Source of the DNA: Vitrella brassicaformis CCMP3155
Lineage: Eukaryota; Protista; Chromerida
NCBI GenBank assembly: GCA_001179505.1
Contig: CDMY01000572.1
Span: 1 to 48,901 of the forward strand
Length of the DNA stretch: 48,901 nucleotides
Reading direction: 5' to 3'
Shown: positions 35,544-48,189 of the stretch, piece by piece
Position numbering within the stretch: position 1 is the first letter of the stretch
Layout: each line of letters opens with the position of its first letter
Program-made: the position numbers and the translations under genes
The notes under the pieces: model-generated
The model's database searches: none
What the model was told of the DNA's origin: nothing
What the model saw: the letters and a program-made list of their open reading frames with translations, nothing else

Positions 35544-38075
35544 TCATGTCATCCTCAGCCGTCTGAAGGACTCCCTCCCGTCTCTCCCCTTGTCGACCCA
35601 CCCCACCGCCCCCCACACCACCGCAGGCACATCCTTCCTGAAGCCGTTGTCAATCTCCCCCGCCAGCCCCCACTTGGCCGCCTCGTCCAGGATGGCCCGC
35701 TGTACCACCTCACGCAACTCCATCCGCTGGCCATCCACACCGCCCACCACGAAGCACTGCAGCTGCGGCACACGCACCACCTGGCCGCCCACACTGACCG
35801 TCCCGCCCACCACCTTCCTGTTGCTGCTGGCCTGGTACACTGCCGAACGGACGAAGTGCTCCGCTACCGCACACACACGGCGGGCCATGTCGGTGTGCCG
35901 CACACTGATGGCCTCCTCTGTGGTGGCCTTCTGGGCGGCATCCATGTCGAAGAGGTATGACGCGATGCGCCAGCCGAAGATGGGGGCCTCCTGCGGGCCG
36001 ACGGCCAGCCGGGGGGTCAGGAGGCCAGCGAGGGAGCGGTGGGGGGCGAGGGCGGCGTTGACGGCCGCCATGACGGCAGTGGGCAGCGCGTTGAGCACTG
36101 TCGCATACTCGGTCAGCACCAGCTGGCGCTGACGGCGGTACTCCTCTGTGGCTGTGGGGATGAGATTGATATCGCCTCCCGCCCGCAGCAGCGAACGGAT
36201 AATCAGCTTGAGGTTGGGAATCTCGGCCTCCTCAGCTTCCAGGCGGCGATCGAGGTTGAAGGCAGCCAGGGCGAGGGGCGTGTCGTCGAGACCGTCCTGT
36301 CTGTTGATCTGGTCAGCGGGCAGCTTGCGGCAGAGGTAGTCGGCCACCTTCGGGGAGCCCTCCATTGCCGCGCAGTGCAGTGGCGTCCGCCCAATGTCAT
36401 CCTCTGTCGTCATGTCGGCGCCTTTCGCTGTGATGAGGTCGAGGTAGCTGTCGATGAAGGGCTGGGGATAGTGGGCCTGCGCGTTGCCGGCTGCACTGTC
36501 CACCAGGTTGTAGCCATAGCGTTCTTCGGTGGCGAGGCTGGGGCGGTCTTGGATGAGTTGCCGATACATCGACATGAGCACCTGCGGATACTCGGGGGGA
36601 GGCGGACGCACGGGACGGGGCAGCTCCATCAGCATGTGTGCGCTTGGTTGGCGCAGGACGATGTCCTGACGAGCCATCAGTACGTCCAAGGCCGTCTTGC
36701 TGCCCCGTTGGATCGCCTCTCGGAGGAAACTGTCCGACATGACCGCGTTGAGGTCGGCGCCTGCTTCGATGAGTGCGGTCAGGATGCCCTCCTCCAGCCC
36801 ATCTGACGACCACTGCGGCAGGTACACATCATGGGCACCATCATCGCCCCCTGCTGCGACGGAACTGATGGAGCAGTCGGTCTTATCGGCAATGGCGAGG
36901 CCCAACAACGTCTGTCGATGGCCTGTGTCACTGCTGCCCTTCTTCCGCAGCCGAGGGATGGTGTTTGGGTCGGCTCCTTGCTGCCGAATGAGGTTGGTCA
37001 CTTGGTGTGGGGTGATGGTGCGGCCGATGACGCCAAGCGTCAGCTGCTTGGTGGCCTCGTTGGTGCCGAGGGGGAAGCGAGCCTCGATGTCAGTGGGGCC
37101 CGCACAGCCGTCTGGCACAGTCACGCCAGTGGCCGCCACCACAGGATGACCTGCAGTGCACAGAGCCCCCACACGAGGGAGGCACACAGTGAGTGTGTGT
37201 GTAGAGCATCGTCACGTCTGTCTGTCAGGCGTACCATGCTCCTCGTAGTCGTCGCCGGATGAGAAACCCCAATCGTCTGACTCCTCACTGTCGTCGCCAG
37301 CACCATCCGCCTCCTCGTAGTCGTCGCCGGATGAGAAACCCCAATCGTCTGAATCCTCACTGTCGTCGCCAGCACCATCCGCCTCCTGCATAGGATCCCG
37401 ACACCACACACAAAGGGGCAAGGAAGAACGTCACGGACATCATATCGACGGGGAGTGTGTTCATGAGTGCCTCACCGGTTCGCTATCGGCCCCTGCCTGT
37501 GGACTTTCCTCCTCATCGGCCATCTCGTCGGCCACCCCGCCCTCCTGCTGCTGCTCGTCTGAACACAGACACACGGCACGCACCGACAGAGCCCACATCA
37601 GTGCGCTGTGCTGCTGGTGGGTTGACTGGTCTATGTGACATGATGTCGACTGGTTGGTCACTCACCGCTGTCGATGCCGCTGCGATCGTCTTCCTCTGCT
37701 GGTCCGCCATCACAAGTAAACGCACAACCGCATAGACTCAGACACATAGCGGGATGGTGTGTGTGTGTGTGTGTGTGTGGGTGTCCTATAGATTTGTGTG
37801 TGGCGTACCTGCGTCGCCGTTGTGACGGTCCGCCGTGGCAGCAGAGGGCATGCCGATGCTGTCTGCGCCATTGCGATCTGAGTCCTCCGCCTGTCCACTG
37901 CCGCTATGCTCCTCCTCAGCTACATCGTCTGCACACCATCGAAGACACACACACACACATACACAATTGCGAGGATGGTGTGTGTTTGATGTATCCCATT
38001 CATCTGTGTGTGGCATACCTGCGTCGTCACCGTCACCGTCCGCCATGGCAGCGGAGGCCATCGGTGCGGCGTCGT
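35544..38075 (-). CDS. Ankyrin-repeat protein of the Vitrella-expanded type with an acidic N-terminal region
   Basis: The long 3' exon (ORF 35544-37187) has GADLNA, GRTPLHCAA and DTPLALAA followed by LVLTEYATVLN..PIFGWRIASYLFD. Short acidic 5' exons are present; the start position is approximate. Confidence 0.8.
37241..37385. repeat. Two-copy 72-nt coding tandem repeat
   Basis: It encodes EADGAGDDSE(D/E)SDDWGFSSGDDYE twice; the period is 72 nt (37241 vs 37313). Confidence 0.9.
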
Positions 38076-38439
38076 GGCCTCCAGACATCTCACTCAAACA
38101 GACACCGACAGCTGCACCGGCACACACAGAGAGGCAACAAGAGATGGGCAGACACCTACTGCATGCATATGTGTCATGTGTGTGCTCGCCCACCTAGCTA
38201 TGAGTCAAATGGCATAAAGGCGCTCAATCAGTCCGCCCGGTCACCAAGGCCGGCCTGCACAGCACGACACCGACACACCGAGGACGCAGAGCCACATCAT
38301 GACTCGTGGCGAGCCAATCGCGTCGCACTCACTGTCGGTGAGAGTTGCTAAGCCGCGCTCCCAAGGGGAAGTTCGAGAAGATGGGGGCTTAGGGTTTGGG
38401 GGTCAGCTCGCAGTCTCCCCTTCCGCTCAAGTTCGAGAG

Positions 38440-41063
38440 TTCGAGAAGATGAAGGAGAAGGAGAAGAAGAAGGAGGAGGAGAAGTTCAACCGCGACCCGA
38501 AGGGTAAGCACAAATGGTGCCCAGAGATGGAGGAGAAGCTCATGAAGGAGCTCGAGGAGAAGGACGCCGATACCACCGCCAAGAAGGATGCGTGCATGGC
38601 CGACCTAGTGACGACGGACGACTGGGCGAAGCTCTGTGCCGACGCGGGCAATCCAGGGCCCGTGTGCAAGACGGCCTGCAAGAGAGTAAGCGGCTGACCT
38701 GGGGGAGGGGGGAAGGGGGAGAGGGGAGACAGCCTGGGAGCATGAGAGGGGAGGGCCATGGGCGCCACGAGTGTGTGTCCGACGGCCCGGTCATGCATGT
38801 GTTGTGGGCCATCGACCTTCTGTCTGTCCACTGCCTCTGTGTCTCCGTCGGCTCTCTGTGTGTGTGTTTGTGCAGCGCCTGACCTTCATCAAGAAACACC
38901 TGGCCGACTACGAGTGGGCGCATGACATCCTCGGCAAGATCGACGCCAAAGGACTCCGCAGCCGCACTTTCAACGCCAAGAATGAGGTGACAGCGTCGGT
39001 CAAGACAGAGGAGGAAGACAAGGTCGATGGGGATGTCGACAACATGGAGCGGCTGGCGACCGACACGACCGTGGACACCTCGCCCCTCAACCGCTCTACG
39101 GACGGAACCGTGCCGCTCGACATCACACGCCAGAGCAAGAGCAGCTCGGGGGGTGAGACATTCACACACAGAGAGAGAATGGGAGGGCTGTGGCTGTCTG
39201 CCGTGTCTTTCGGGTTCTCTCACTGGGGGCCCATTCTTGTTTGTCTGTGGTGCAGCTTCTGTTGCTGAGGAGGTCAAGCCGGCGACGGACGGCAAGGACA
39301 CAATCAATGAGACACACAAAGGCCAGATCAGGTCTCCTCCCTCTCCATGTGTGTGATCGATCAGATGGGAATGTCGTGGAGATGTCTCTGCAGTCTCTGG
39401 CTCTCGAGGACGTTGTTGACACAGGGGCTGCCCAGGCGTTGAGCCGCTTCGGGCGGCAGCAGAGAAAGAAACAACTCGGCACTGACGGTCAGAAGGCAGG
39501 CAAAGAGACACGCTAAGGGCCACCGCCACTTGCTGTCTCTCTTTTGCAGAGGTGGATCCGTTCACCGCGCCCATCGTGGCGACCACCCCGGCTGTCAAGA
39601 TGGCCAAGAAACCACGCGCGGTGAGAAGACGCCAGCCGTCCAAGCCGCCCCGTTCATCCAAACGCAGTGTGCCGATGGCCTCCGAGCGGCCTTCGAAGCT
39701 TGAGCCCCTCGAGATGCAACCGAGACGATATGAGCGATCTGACAATGACTCTGACTCTGATGAAGACGCGTATTTCGGCCGTCAATCGCACAAACGGACA
39801 GATACCTTTGATGAAGCTGAATTGGTGATGATGCAACTGGCGCCCGACACACTGTTGCCCAAGACGGCCTCCGCAAAGCCCTCAAAGTTTGAAATGGCCA
39901 AGACTGACCAGAAGGAGCGTGGTGAGTCCGCCATTGGAGGCCAGCAGGCACACCGCAGCCCGCCCAGAGTCATCCAACTCGGTGCCAGTTTCGACCCTCC
40001 CAAAGACGGCAAGTCGTACGTATTCCCTGACGAGAACGAGTGGGGTCGCTTCGAGGAGCGCCGCTACGACAAGGACAACAACTGCCTCTACAAGGGTCGC
40101 CGCTTCAACAGATTCGATCCGGATGACTTCATCGAGCTGACCAAGATCTTCGACAGGCGATGCAGCAAGAAGACAGGCGGGGAGAGTGATGCCGCCGACC
40201 AGCCGGCCGGAGGACACAAAGGGCCGCCCAGCTGGGCCAAACTGCAGGCGACCCTCAACGAGAACGAGAAGAAGCGGAGACGCCCCTGGGAGGGAGACGA
40301 CAGCTTCCATCCGCGAGTGGGCGTGCATCCACACGCACATGGGCTGGGCTGCGGCCTTCGCATCAGTCGTCCGAATCAAGAGGTCACTGACAGACACACA
40401 GAAGGAGACATCTACCGAGCCGCCAAGAGACTCTCTCTCTGTATCACTGCTTTGTGTGCCTTCAGTTTTTATTTGGCTTGGAGGATAAGCAGAGAGGCTT
40501 CTGCAACCACGGATCCATTTCGCTGCAGGACGGTACACACGCAAGACATCACCCCAGCGGTCCCCATCTCTCATGGTGTCTCCCTGTCTGTCTGCTGATT
40601 GCTGGCCTTGTCGTCTTCAGGTGGTGGCGCCGACACGCTCGAGCCCCCCGCCAAGAAGAGCCGCACCGCGACCAGCGCCGCTTTCATGAGCAGCTACTCG
40701 GGTTCGTCCTTGGGCCGCAAGGAGTCCATCCTCTCGCAAGACGACGACCCCTTAATGGGCGATGGCGGCAGCAAGGGCAGCACTTGGGAACCCCACCCGT
40801 GGCTCAGCCAGGAACCCCTGGTGCGCAACTGGAATCTCGACCCCGACCATCCCGACAACCGCCCCCTGCCGCCCGAGATGCGGCTGGACTTGGAGGCCCG
40901 CGCCCGAGAGATCCGGGAGTCACAGATGCGATACGCTGACGCAATCGCCGCCGGCAGCTTAGACTGGGGCGACGAGAACAACAAGATGATGGTGACCTGC
41001 GGGGCGGAGGGCGCTGCTGCTGCTGGTGACAGCGCTAGCGGGCGAATGGAGATCGAACTGTGA
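38440..41063 (+). CDS. Hypothetical multi-exon protein with an N-terminal Myb/SANT-like segment
   Basis: KHKWCPEMEEKLMKELEE..DDWAKLC..CKTACKR|RLTFIKKHL shows the spaced Trp pattern. Further coding-like exons lie at 39552-40300 and 40620-41063. Start and internal junctions are uncertain. Confidence 0.45.
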
Positions 41064-41409
41064 GCAGAGTTCTGGAGGGGGAGAGTGGTTGAGGGGGGGC
41101 GGGGGTGAGTGAATGGGCTGGGAGGGGCGAGTGTGAGGGGTTGGGCCCTGCGTGGACATGGAGGGCGGGCAAGAGACACCAAGAGATGATGGTTGAACGA
41201 ACCAATTGCGCCACACAAAGACATCCATGGCCATGAAACGCACTCAGACAGACAGACAGACAGACAGACACGAACAGCGACAATTCAGTTAACACAAGAC
41301 GGGCCAGGCCGTCTGTGTCTTCATAATCTCACTCGCACACACGAGCACACAGACCGTCTGTCTGTCTGTCTGTCTGTGCGTCTGTCGGCCGTCTGTCTAC
41401 TCTCACTCA

Positions 41410-41810
41410 CACATGATCGATCTGTCCGCGGGGGCCGATGGTGACTTCCCTTTTGGTGCCTCTGGCCTCCTCTCTGCTGCTGCTGCTGCTACTGCTGTTG
41501 TTGCTGCTGGTGGTCGTCTGGGCCACACCACGCTCAGCAAGAAGTGAAACACACAGAGACACACAGGCAGTGAGTGTGGCTGCGAGTCTGACCCAGGCGG
41601 CTGTGTGTGTACTTTGTGCGGCTCGTCCTCTGGTGAGGTCGGGCCGACCAGTGGTGATCGATCACCACAGCCTGCGACTCAACACCAGCTGCACACACAC
41701 ACACACACACACACATATACAGACACACACAAACGTACTCTGGTGCGTTTCCTTCCTCGTCAGCTTGGGAGGTCACTGTCGAGACCACCCGCCTCATCTG
41801 CCGCGTCACT
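41410..41810 (-). CDS. Short hypothetical gene or fragment (Ser-rich)
   Basis: Three short candidate exons with GT/AG borders. No recognisable domain. Confidence 0.25.
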
Positions 41811-42189
41811 TCAGTGACTCATCCTGTCCGCTTGCACGCCCGACGTCGCAGCAGGCGCCGTGTAGGGGCAGGGTTGCGCCCGCGCCAAGCGATCTTTCTC
41901 CTTGAGGTGCGGCCCCTCCGCGCCGAGGCGCGACAAAACGTTTTCGTTTACCTCGAGCTCGCAGCTTGCGCGTTTTGGTCCTGCGAGGCGCGGAGCAGCC
42001 CCTCCGCACTCGCGTCACATAAGCCTCGACGACCGGTCAGGCGGCGAGCAATTGAAGAAATGGGCCACGTAATATAAAATGTAGGTAGCGATAATCGGCC
42101 TGCGTACACCACACCACAGCACACCATGACGCGTGGACCGAGGGATGGATGGATGGATGCATTTGTTTCAGTGAGGTCGTGTCGCTGGC

Positions 42190-42766
42190 TCACCGTTGTG
42201 GGGCCTGACATGACGAGACACGGCGAGCACCGCTATCCACCAGGCTCATCACGCGATCCTCCACGGTGGTGTGGGCGGGGCACCAGGTGATGGTGGGGGG
42301 GGCAGCTTCTTCGAAGTGCTGCTCACACGACAATTCACACACATGGATGGAGACACGTGTGTAGTGTGTGGCGGGGGCTCCGTTGTGCACATACGTACCG
42401 CTCAGCGATGTTGCCGATGTAGGCGGTGATGTATTTCAGCTTGTAGTTGAAGCCGCCGCCCCTCCTCGCTAGGAGGCGCGTCAGGTAGGCATCTATCACT
42501 GGGGGCCGGTAGCTGACCAGTTCGTGGCCGTTCTCATACAGCTCCCTTGTCGCCTTCCAGGCGCCCAACTCGGCCTGCACACACATCGATGACGACAACA
42601 CAACACAAAAGCAGACGACACACATGTCCGTCTGTCTGATGGATGGATGGATGTGACGTGTTAAGACTCACCACCGCTTGGAGGGGCGTGTTGCGTGGGA
42701 GCTTGAATGCAAACGAGTCGGTGATGGCCTCGCAATCGGCCAACACATCGAACACCGACTGAGCCA

Positions 42767-42800
<34 letters not shown>

Positions 42801-43311
42801 TATGAGTGCTTCCGTGTGTGTGGTGTGTGTCCATCTTCCTTCCTCTCACCCTCGTAGCCCATCTTGGTGATGTCAAAGGTCCGCTGCCCCTTGACGAATG
42901 CCGCCCCGCCCCATGGGAGGTCAGCAAACACCTGCAGTCACACACAAACGAAGCGACACACGAATGCACTCATGCACCTTGTGTGTGTGCCTACGTGGGC
43001 ATGCTGTCTGCCTACGTACCAGGTCGCATCGATGCTTTCGCTGTTTGGTGCGGTCGACGAAAGCATAGAAGGACTCCTTGCAGATGCGGGCAGGGGTGAC
43101 GCCTGACACCCACACACACACCCACACACAGACACACACACAGAGAGAGAGAGAGAGGGAGCAGTGTGGCAGGCCGCTCATGGGTCCACTCAGCCATACA
43201 CAGGCGGAGGCACCAACCGTATAGCTTGAAGTTCTCTTGTGCGTCGTCGACGTGGGTCGGAGTTGATTTCGCAGGCACAGACCTTGAGGCCCTTAGGGCA
43301 GAATTGGATCG
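42190..43311 (-). pseudogene. TGS1-like copy C (5'-truncated, frameshifted)
   Basis: It has the VFADLPWGG, AFKLPRNT and NYKLKYITAYIG exons. There is a +1 insertion near 43260 (..EIN[t]PTHVDD..), a 4-nt deletion in the last exon, and no motif-I exon directly upstream. Confidence 0.7.
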
Positions 43312-44004
43312 TGTTGCCTCCTGAATCGAACGCATCAAGCAGATAGACAGACAGACAACAGACATGTCAACATGACGTGCAGTGCTCGGATGTCTCAAGC
43401 TTCTCCTGCATTCATTCATGTGAGGGAACGGCGCGTTGCTCCGACCTTGAGGGCATCCTATCCAGCAAGGCGTCGATTCGATGCTGTCAAGGGGGCTNNN
43501 NNNNNNNNNNNNNNNNNNNNNNNNNNNNNNNNNNNNNNNNNNNNNNNNNNNNNNNNNNNNNNNNNNNNNNNNNNNNNNNNNNNNNNNNNNNNNNNNNNNN
43601 NNNNNNNNNNNNNNNNNNNNNNNNNNNNNNNNNNNNNNNNNNNNNNNNNNNNNNNNNNNNNNNNNNNNNNNNNNNNNNNNNNNNNNNNNNNNNNNNNNNN
43701 NNNNNNNNNNNNNNNNNNNNNNNNNNNNNNNNNNNNNNNNNNNNNNNNNNNNNNNNNNNNNNNNNNNNNNNNNNNNNNNNNNNNNNNNNNNNNNNNNACC
43801 CATACATCCATCCATCCATCCATCGAGCCAGCCGGAGAGCCAGCCAGAGAGCCAGCCATGGACCACGTCAAAACACATCCGCCATCAGCGGGTGCACTCA
43901 CACAGCCAATGAATCGATGAATGAATGCAGCAGGGAAAGAACAAGGGCAGGCAGGCTAGCAGGCAGGGCGTCAGCCACCACCTCACACACACCCGCTCGA
44001 TTGA

Positions 44005-44600
44005 CTACCTGTTGAATCTCAGCTGCAGTCGCTCAGTTCTGGTGGTGGCGCGGCTGTTGACGATGTGCATGACACGGTCATCCACAGTGGTGTGGGCGGG
44101 GGGACACCAGGTGGTCGTCCGGGAGGGCGGCAGCTTCTTTGCCATACTGCAGACACGACAACACACACACACGGATGGAGACACGTGTGTGGTGTGTGTG
44201 CCGTGGGTCGCGTTGCGCACACACGTACCGCTCAGCGATGTTGCCGATGTAGGCGGTGATGTATTTCAGCTTGTAGTTAGTCCTGCCCCTCCTGGCGGCA
44301 GGCAGGCGGGTGACCATGGCCTCTATCACCGGGGGCGTGTACGTAATCAGTTCGTGGCCGTTCTCATACAGCTCCCTTGTCGCCTTCCAGGCGCCCAACT
44401 CGGCCTGCACACACACGTCGATGACGACAACACAACGCAAAAGCAGACGACACACATGTCCGTCTGTCTGATGGATGGATGGATGTGACGTGTTAAGACT
44501 CACCGCCGCTTGGAGGGGGGTGTTGCGTAGGAGCTTGAACGCGAACGAGTCGGTGATGGCCTCGCAATCGGCCAACACGTCAAACACCGACTGAGCCACA

Positions 44601-44634
<34 letters not shown>

Positions 44635-45150
44635 CGAGTGCATCCGTGTGTGTGGTGTGTGTCCATCTTCCTTCCTCTCACCCTCGTAGCCCATCTTGGT
44701 GATGTCGAAGGTCCGCTGCCCCTGACGAATGCCGCCCCGCCCCATGGGAGGTCAGCAAACACCTGCAGTCACACACAAACGAAGCGACACACGAATGCAC
44801 TCATGCACCTTGTGTGTGTGCCTACGTGGGCATGCTGTCTGTGTAGGTACCAGGTCGCATCGATGCTTTCGCTGTTTGGTGCGGTCGACGAAGCTATAGA
44901 AGCTCTCCTTGCAGATGCGGGCAGGGGTGACGCCTGACACCCACCCACCCACCCACCCACACACAGGGAGAGAGAGAGAGAGAGAGGGAGCATTGTGGCA
45001 GGCCGCTCATGGGTCCACTCAGCCATGCACAGGCAGGCGGAGGCACCAACCGTATAGCTTGAAGTTCTCTTGTGCGTCGTCGACGTGGGTCGGAGTTGAT
45101 TTCGCAGGCACAGACCTTGAGGCCCTTAAGGCAGAATTGGATCGTGTTGC
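44005..45150 (-). pseudogene. TGS1-like copy D
   Basis: Near-identical to 2287-3360. It carries the same +1 insertion as copy C, the GGN-exon acceptor is changed from CAG to CAC, and there is a 1-nt deletion near 44722. Confidence 0.7.
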
Positions 45151-45979
45151 CGCGTGAATCGAACGCATCAAGCAGATAGACAGACAGACAACAAACATGT
45201 CAACATGACGTGCAGTGCTCACATGTCTCAAGCTTCTCCTGCATTCACTCATGTGAGGGAACGGCGCGTTGCTCCTATCTTGAGGGCATCCTATCCAGCA
45301 AGGCGTCGATTCGATGCTGTCAAGGGAGCTTGGCATGACGTGACACGGCGAGCAACTGCGGAAAAGATCCACGAAAACATAAAATGTAGGTAGCGACGAT
45401 CGACCTGCATAGACACACCAGAGAGACACATGAATGACAAAATGAACTCCCCTGCACACAGAAAGACATGCGCCATCGCAGAAACAAAGGGCCAGATGAG
45501 GCGACGCATTTCACACGCTCTCTGTCTTCCTGCAGGCTGCTCTTCGCTGCATGTGCGGTCGGCCATGCGTGTGCGCATACCGGGTGTGCAGCCCTGACAG
45601 GTAGTACTCCTCATCTAGATACGCGAGTGCTGCGTTGCGCAGCGATGGCGGCACGTCGCCATTATCAATGGTGCTCATGNNNNNNNNNNNNNNNNNNNNN
45701 NNNNNNNNNNNNNNNNNNNNNNNNNNNNNNNNNNNNNNNNNNNNNNNNNNNNNNNNNNNNNNNNNNNNNNNNNNNNNNNNNNNNNNNNNNNNNNNNNNNN
45801 NNNNNNNNNNNNNNNNNNNNNNNNNNNNNNNNNNNNNNNNNNNNNNNNNNNNNNNNNNNNNNNNNNNNNNNNNNNNNNNNNNNNNNNNNNNNNNNNNNNN
45901 NNNNNNNNNNNNNNNNNNNNNNNNNNNNNNNNNNNNNNNNNNNNNNNNNNNNNNNNNNNNNNNNNNNNNNNNNNNNNNN

Positions 45980-46445
45980 AGCCCATCTTGGTGATGTCGA
46001 AGGTCCGCTGCCCCTGACGAATGCCGCCCCGCCCCATGGGAGGTCAGCAAACACCTGCAGTCACACACAAACGAAGCGACACACGAATGCACTCATGCAC
46101 CTTGTGTGTGTGCCTACGTGGGCATGCTGTCTGTGTAGGTACCAGGTCGCATCGATGCTTTCGCTGTTTGGTGCGGTCGACGAAAGCATAGAAGGACTCC
46201 TTGCAGATGCGGGCAGGGGTGACGCCTGACACCCACACACACACCCACACACAGACACACACACAGAGAGAGAGAGAGAGGGAGCAGTGTGGCAGGCCGC
46301 TCATGGGTCCACTCAGCCATACACAGGCGGAGGCACCAACCGTATAGCTTGAAGTTCTCTTGTGCGTCGTCGACGTGGGTCGGAGTTGATTTCGCAGGCA
46401 CAGACCTTGAGGCCCTTAAGGCAGAATTGGATCGTGTTGCCGCGT
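45980..46445 (-). pseudogene. TGS1-like copy E (partial, gap-bounded)
   Basis: Same exons and lesions as copy D. It may be an assembly or haplotype duplicate. Confidence 0.55.
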
Positions 46446-47055
46446 GAATCGAACGCATCAAGCAGATAGACAGACAGACAACAAACATGTCAACATGACG
46501 TGCAGTGCTCGGATGTCTCAAGCTTCTCCTGCATTCATTCATGTGAGGGAACGGCGCGTTGCTCCGACCTTGAGGGCATCCTATCCAGCAAGGCGTCGAT
46601 TCGATGCTGTCAAGGGGGCTTGGCATGACGTGACACGGCGAGCAACTGCGGAAAAGATCCACGAAAATACAAAATGTAGGTAGCGATGATCGACCTGCAT
46701 AGACACGTCAGAGAGACACCTGAATGACAAAATGAACTCTCCTCTGCCCCCCGCCNNNNNNNNNNNNNNNNNNNNNNNNNNNNNNNNNNNNNNNNNNNNN
46801 NNNNNNNNNNNNNNNNNNNNNNNNNNNNNNNNNNNNNNNNNNNNNNNNNNNNNNNNNNNNNNNNNNNNNNNNNNNNNNNNNNNNNNNNNNNNNNNNNNNN
46901 NNNNNNNNNNNNNNNNNNNNNNNNNNNNNNNNNNNNNNNNNNNNNNNNNNNNNNNNNNNNNNNNNNNNNNNNNNNNNNNNNNNNNNNNNNNNNNNNNNNN
47001 NNNNNNNNNNNNNNNNNNNNNNNNNNNNNNNNNNNNNNNNNNNNNNNNNNNNNNN

Positions 47056-47505
47056 GTCAAAGGTCCGCTGCCCCTTGACGAATGCCGCCCCGCCCCATGG
47101 GAGGTCAGCAAACACCTGCAGTCACACACAAACGAAGCGACACACGAATGCACTCATGCACCTTGTGTGTGTGCCTACGTGGGCATGCTGTCTGCCTACG
47201 TACCAGGTCGCATCGATGCTTTCGCTGTTTGGTGCGGTCGACGAAAGCATAGAAGGACTCCTTGCAGATGCGGGCAGGGGTGACGCCTGACACCCACACA
47301 CACACCCACACACAGACACACACACAGAGAGAGAGAGAGAGGGAGCAGTGTGGCAGGCCGCTCATGGGTCCACTCAGCCATACACAGGCGGAGGCACCAA
47401 CCGTATAGCTTGAAGTTCTCTTGTGCGTCGTCGACGTGGGTCGGAGTTGATTTCGCAGGCACAGACCTTGAGGCCCTTAGGGCAGAATTGGATCGTGTTG
47501 CCTCC
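47056..47505 (-). pseudogene. TGS1-like copy F (partial, gap-bounded)
   Basis: Essentially identical to 42870-43320. It may be an assembly or haplotype duplicate. Confidence 0.55.
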
Positions 47506-48189
47506 TGAATCGAACGCATCAAGCAGATAGACAGACAGACAACAGACATGTCAACATGACGTGCAGTGCTCGGATGTCTCAAGCTTCTCCTGCATTCATT
47601 CATGTGAGGGAACGGCGCGTTGCTCCGACCTTGAGGGCATCCTATCCAGCAAGGCGTCGATTCGATGCTGTCAAGGGGGCTTGGCATGACGTGACACGGC
47701 GAGCAACTGCGGAAAAGATCCACGAAAATACAAAATGTAGGTAGCGATGATCGACCTGCATAGACACGTCAGAGAGACACCTGAATGACAAAATGAACTC
47801 TCCTCTGCCCCCCGCCAGCTTTCCTCCGCACTCGAAGAACGACTCTCCGTCGCAGTGCAGAGAGGCGCCTTCGGTGAGAGCTGGCACACAGAAAGACATC
47901 CCTGCGGCCATTCTGCATCCACACACACAATGCATTAAGTCGCTAAACAAACGAGTGCATGTGTCGTGTTGTGTGTTCATTCACGCACAAAATGAGAGCC
48001 ATTGAAAGGGAGTAGTGTGGGCACTTATGTGTTGGTTTGTTTGTGCGTACCATTTTGCCGTCGGCTCCCGTGTTGTCGAGGGGGTACCCTCTGTTGCGTA
48101 CGCCGGTGCACACACACATACGTACACAGCAACACAGGCCATGACACACAGGCCTTGTGACCATTAACGCCTGTGTGTTGTGCGTCCTA

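Noticed and set aside
37241-37385. Possible CRISPR-like or regulatory repeat
   Set aside because: There are only two contiguous copies with no spacer, they are in-frame coding sequence, and the context is eukaryotic.
42000-48000. Autonomous transposon driving the tandem array
   Set aside because: No transposase, reverse transcriptase or Rep/helicase motifs were seen.
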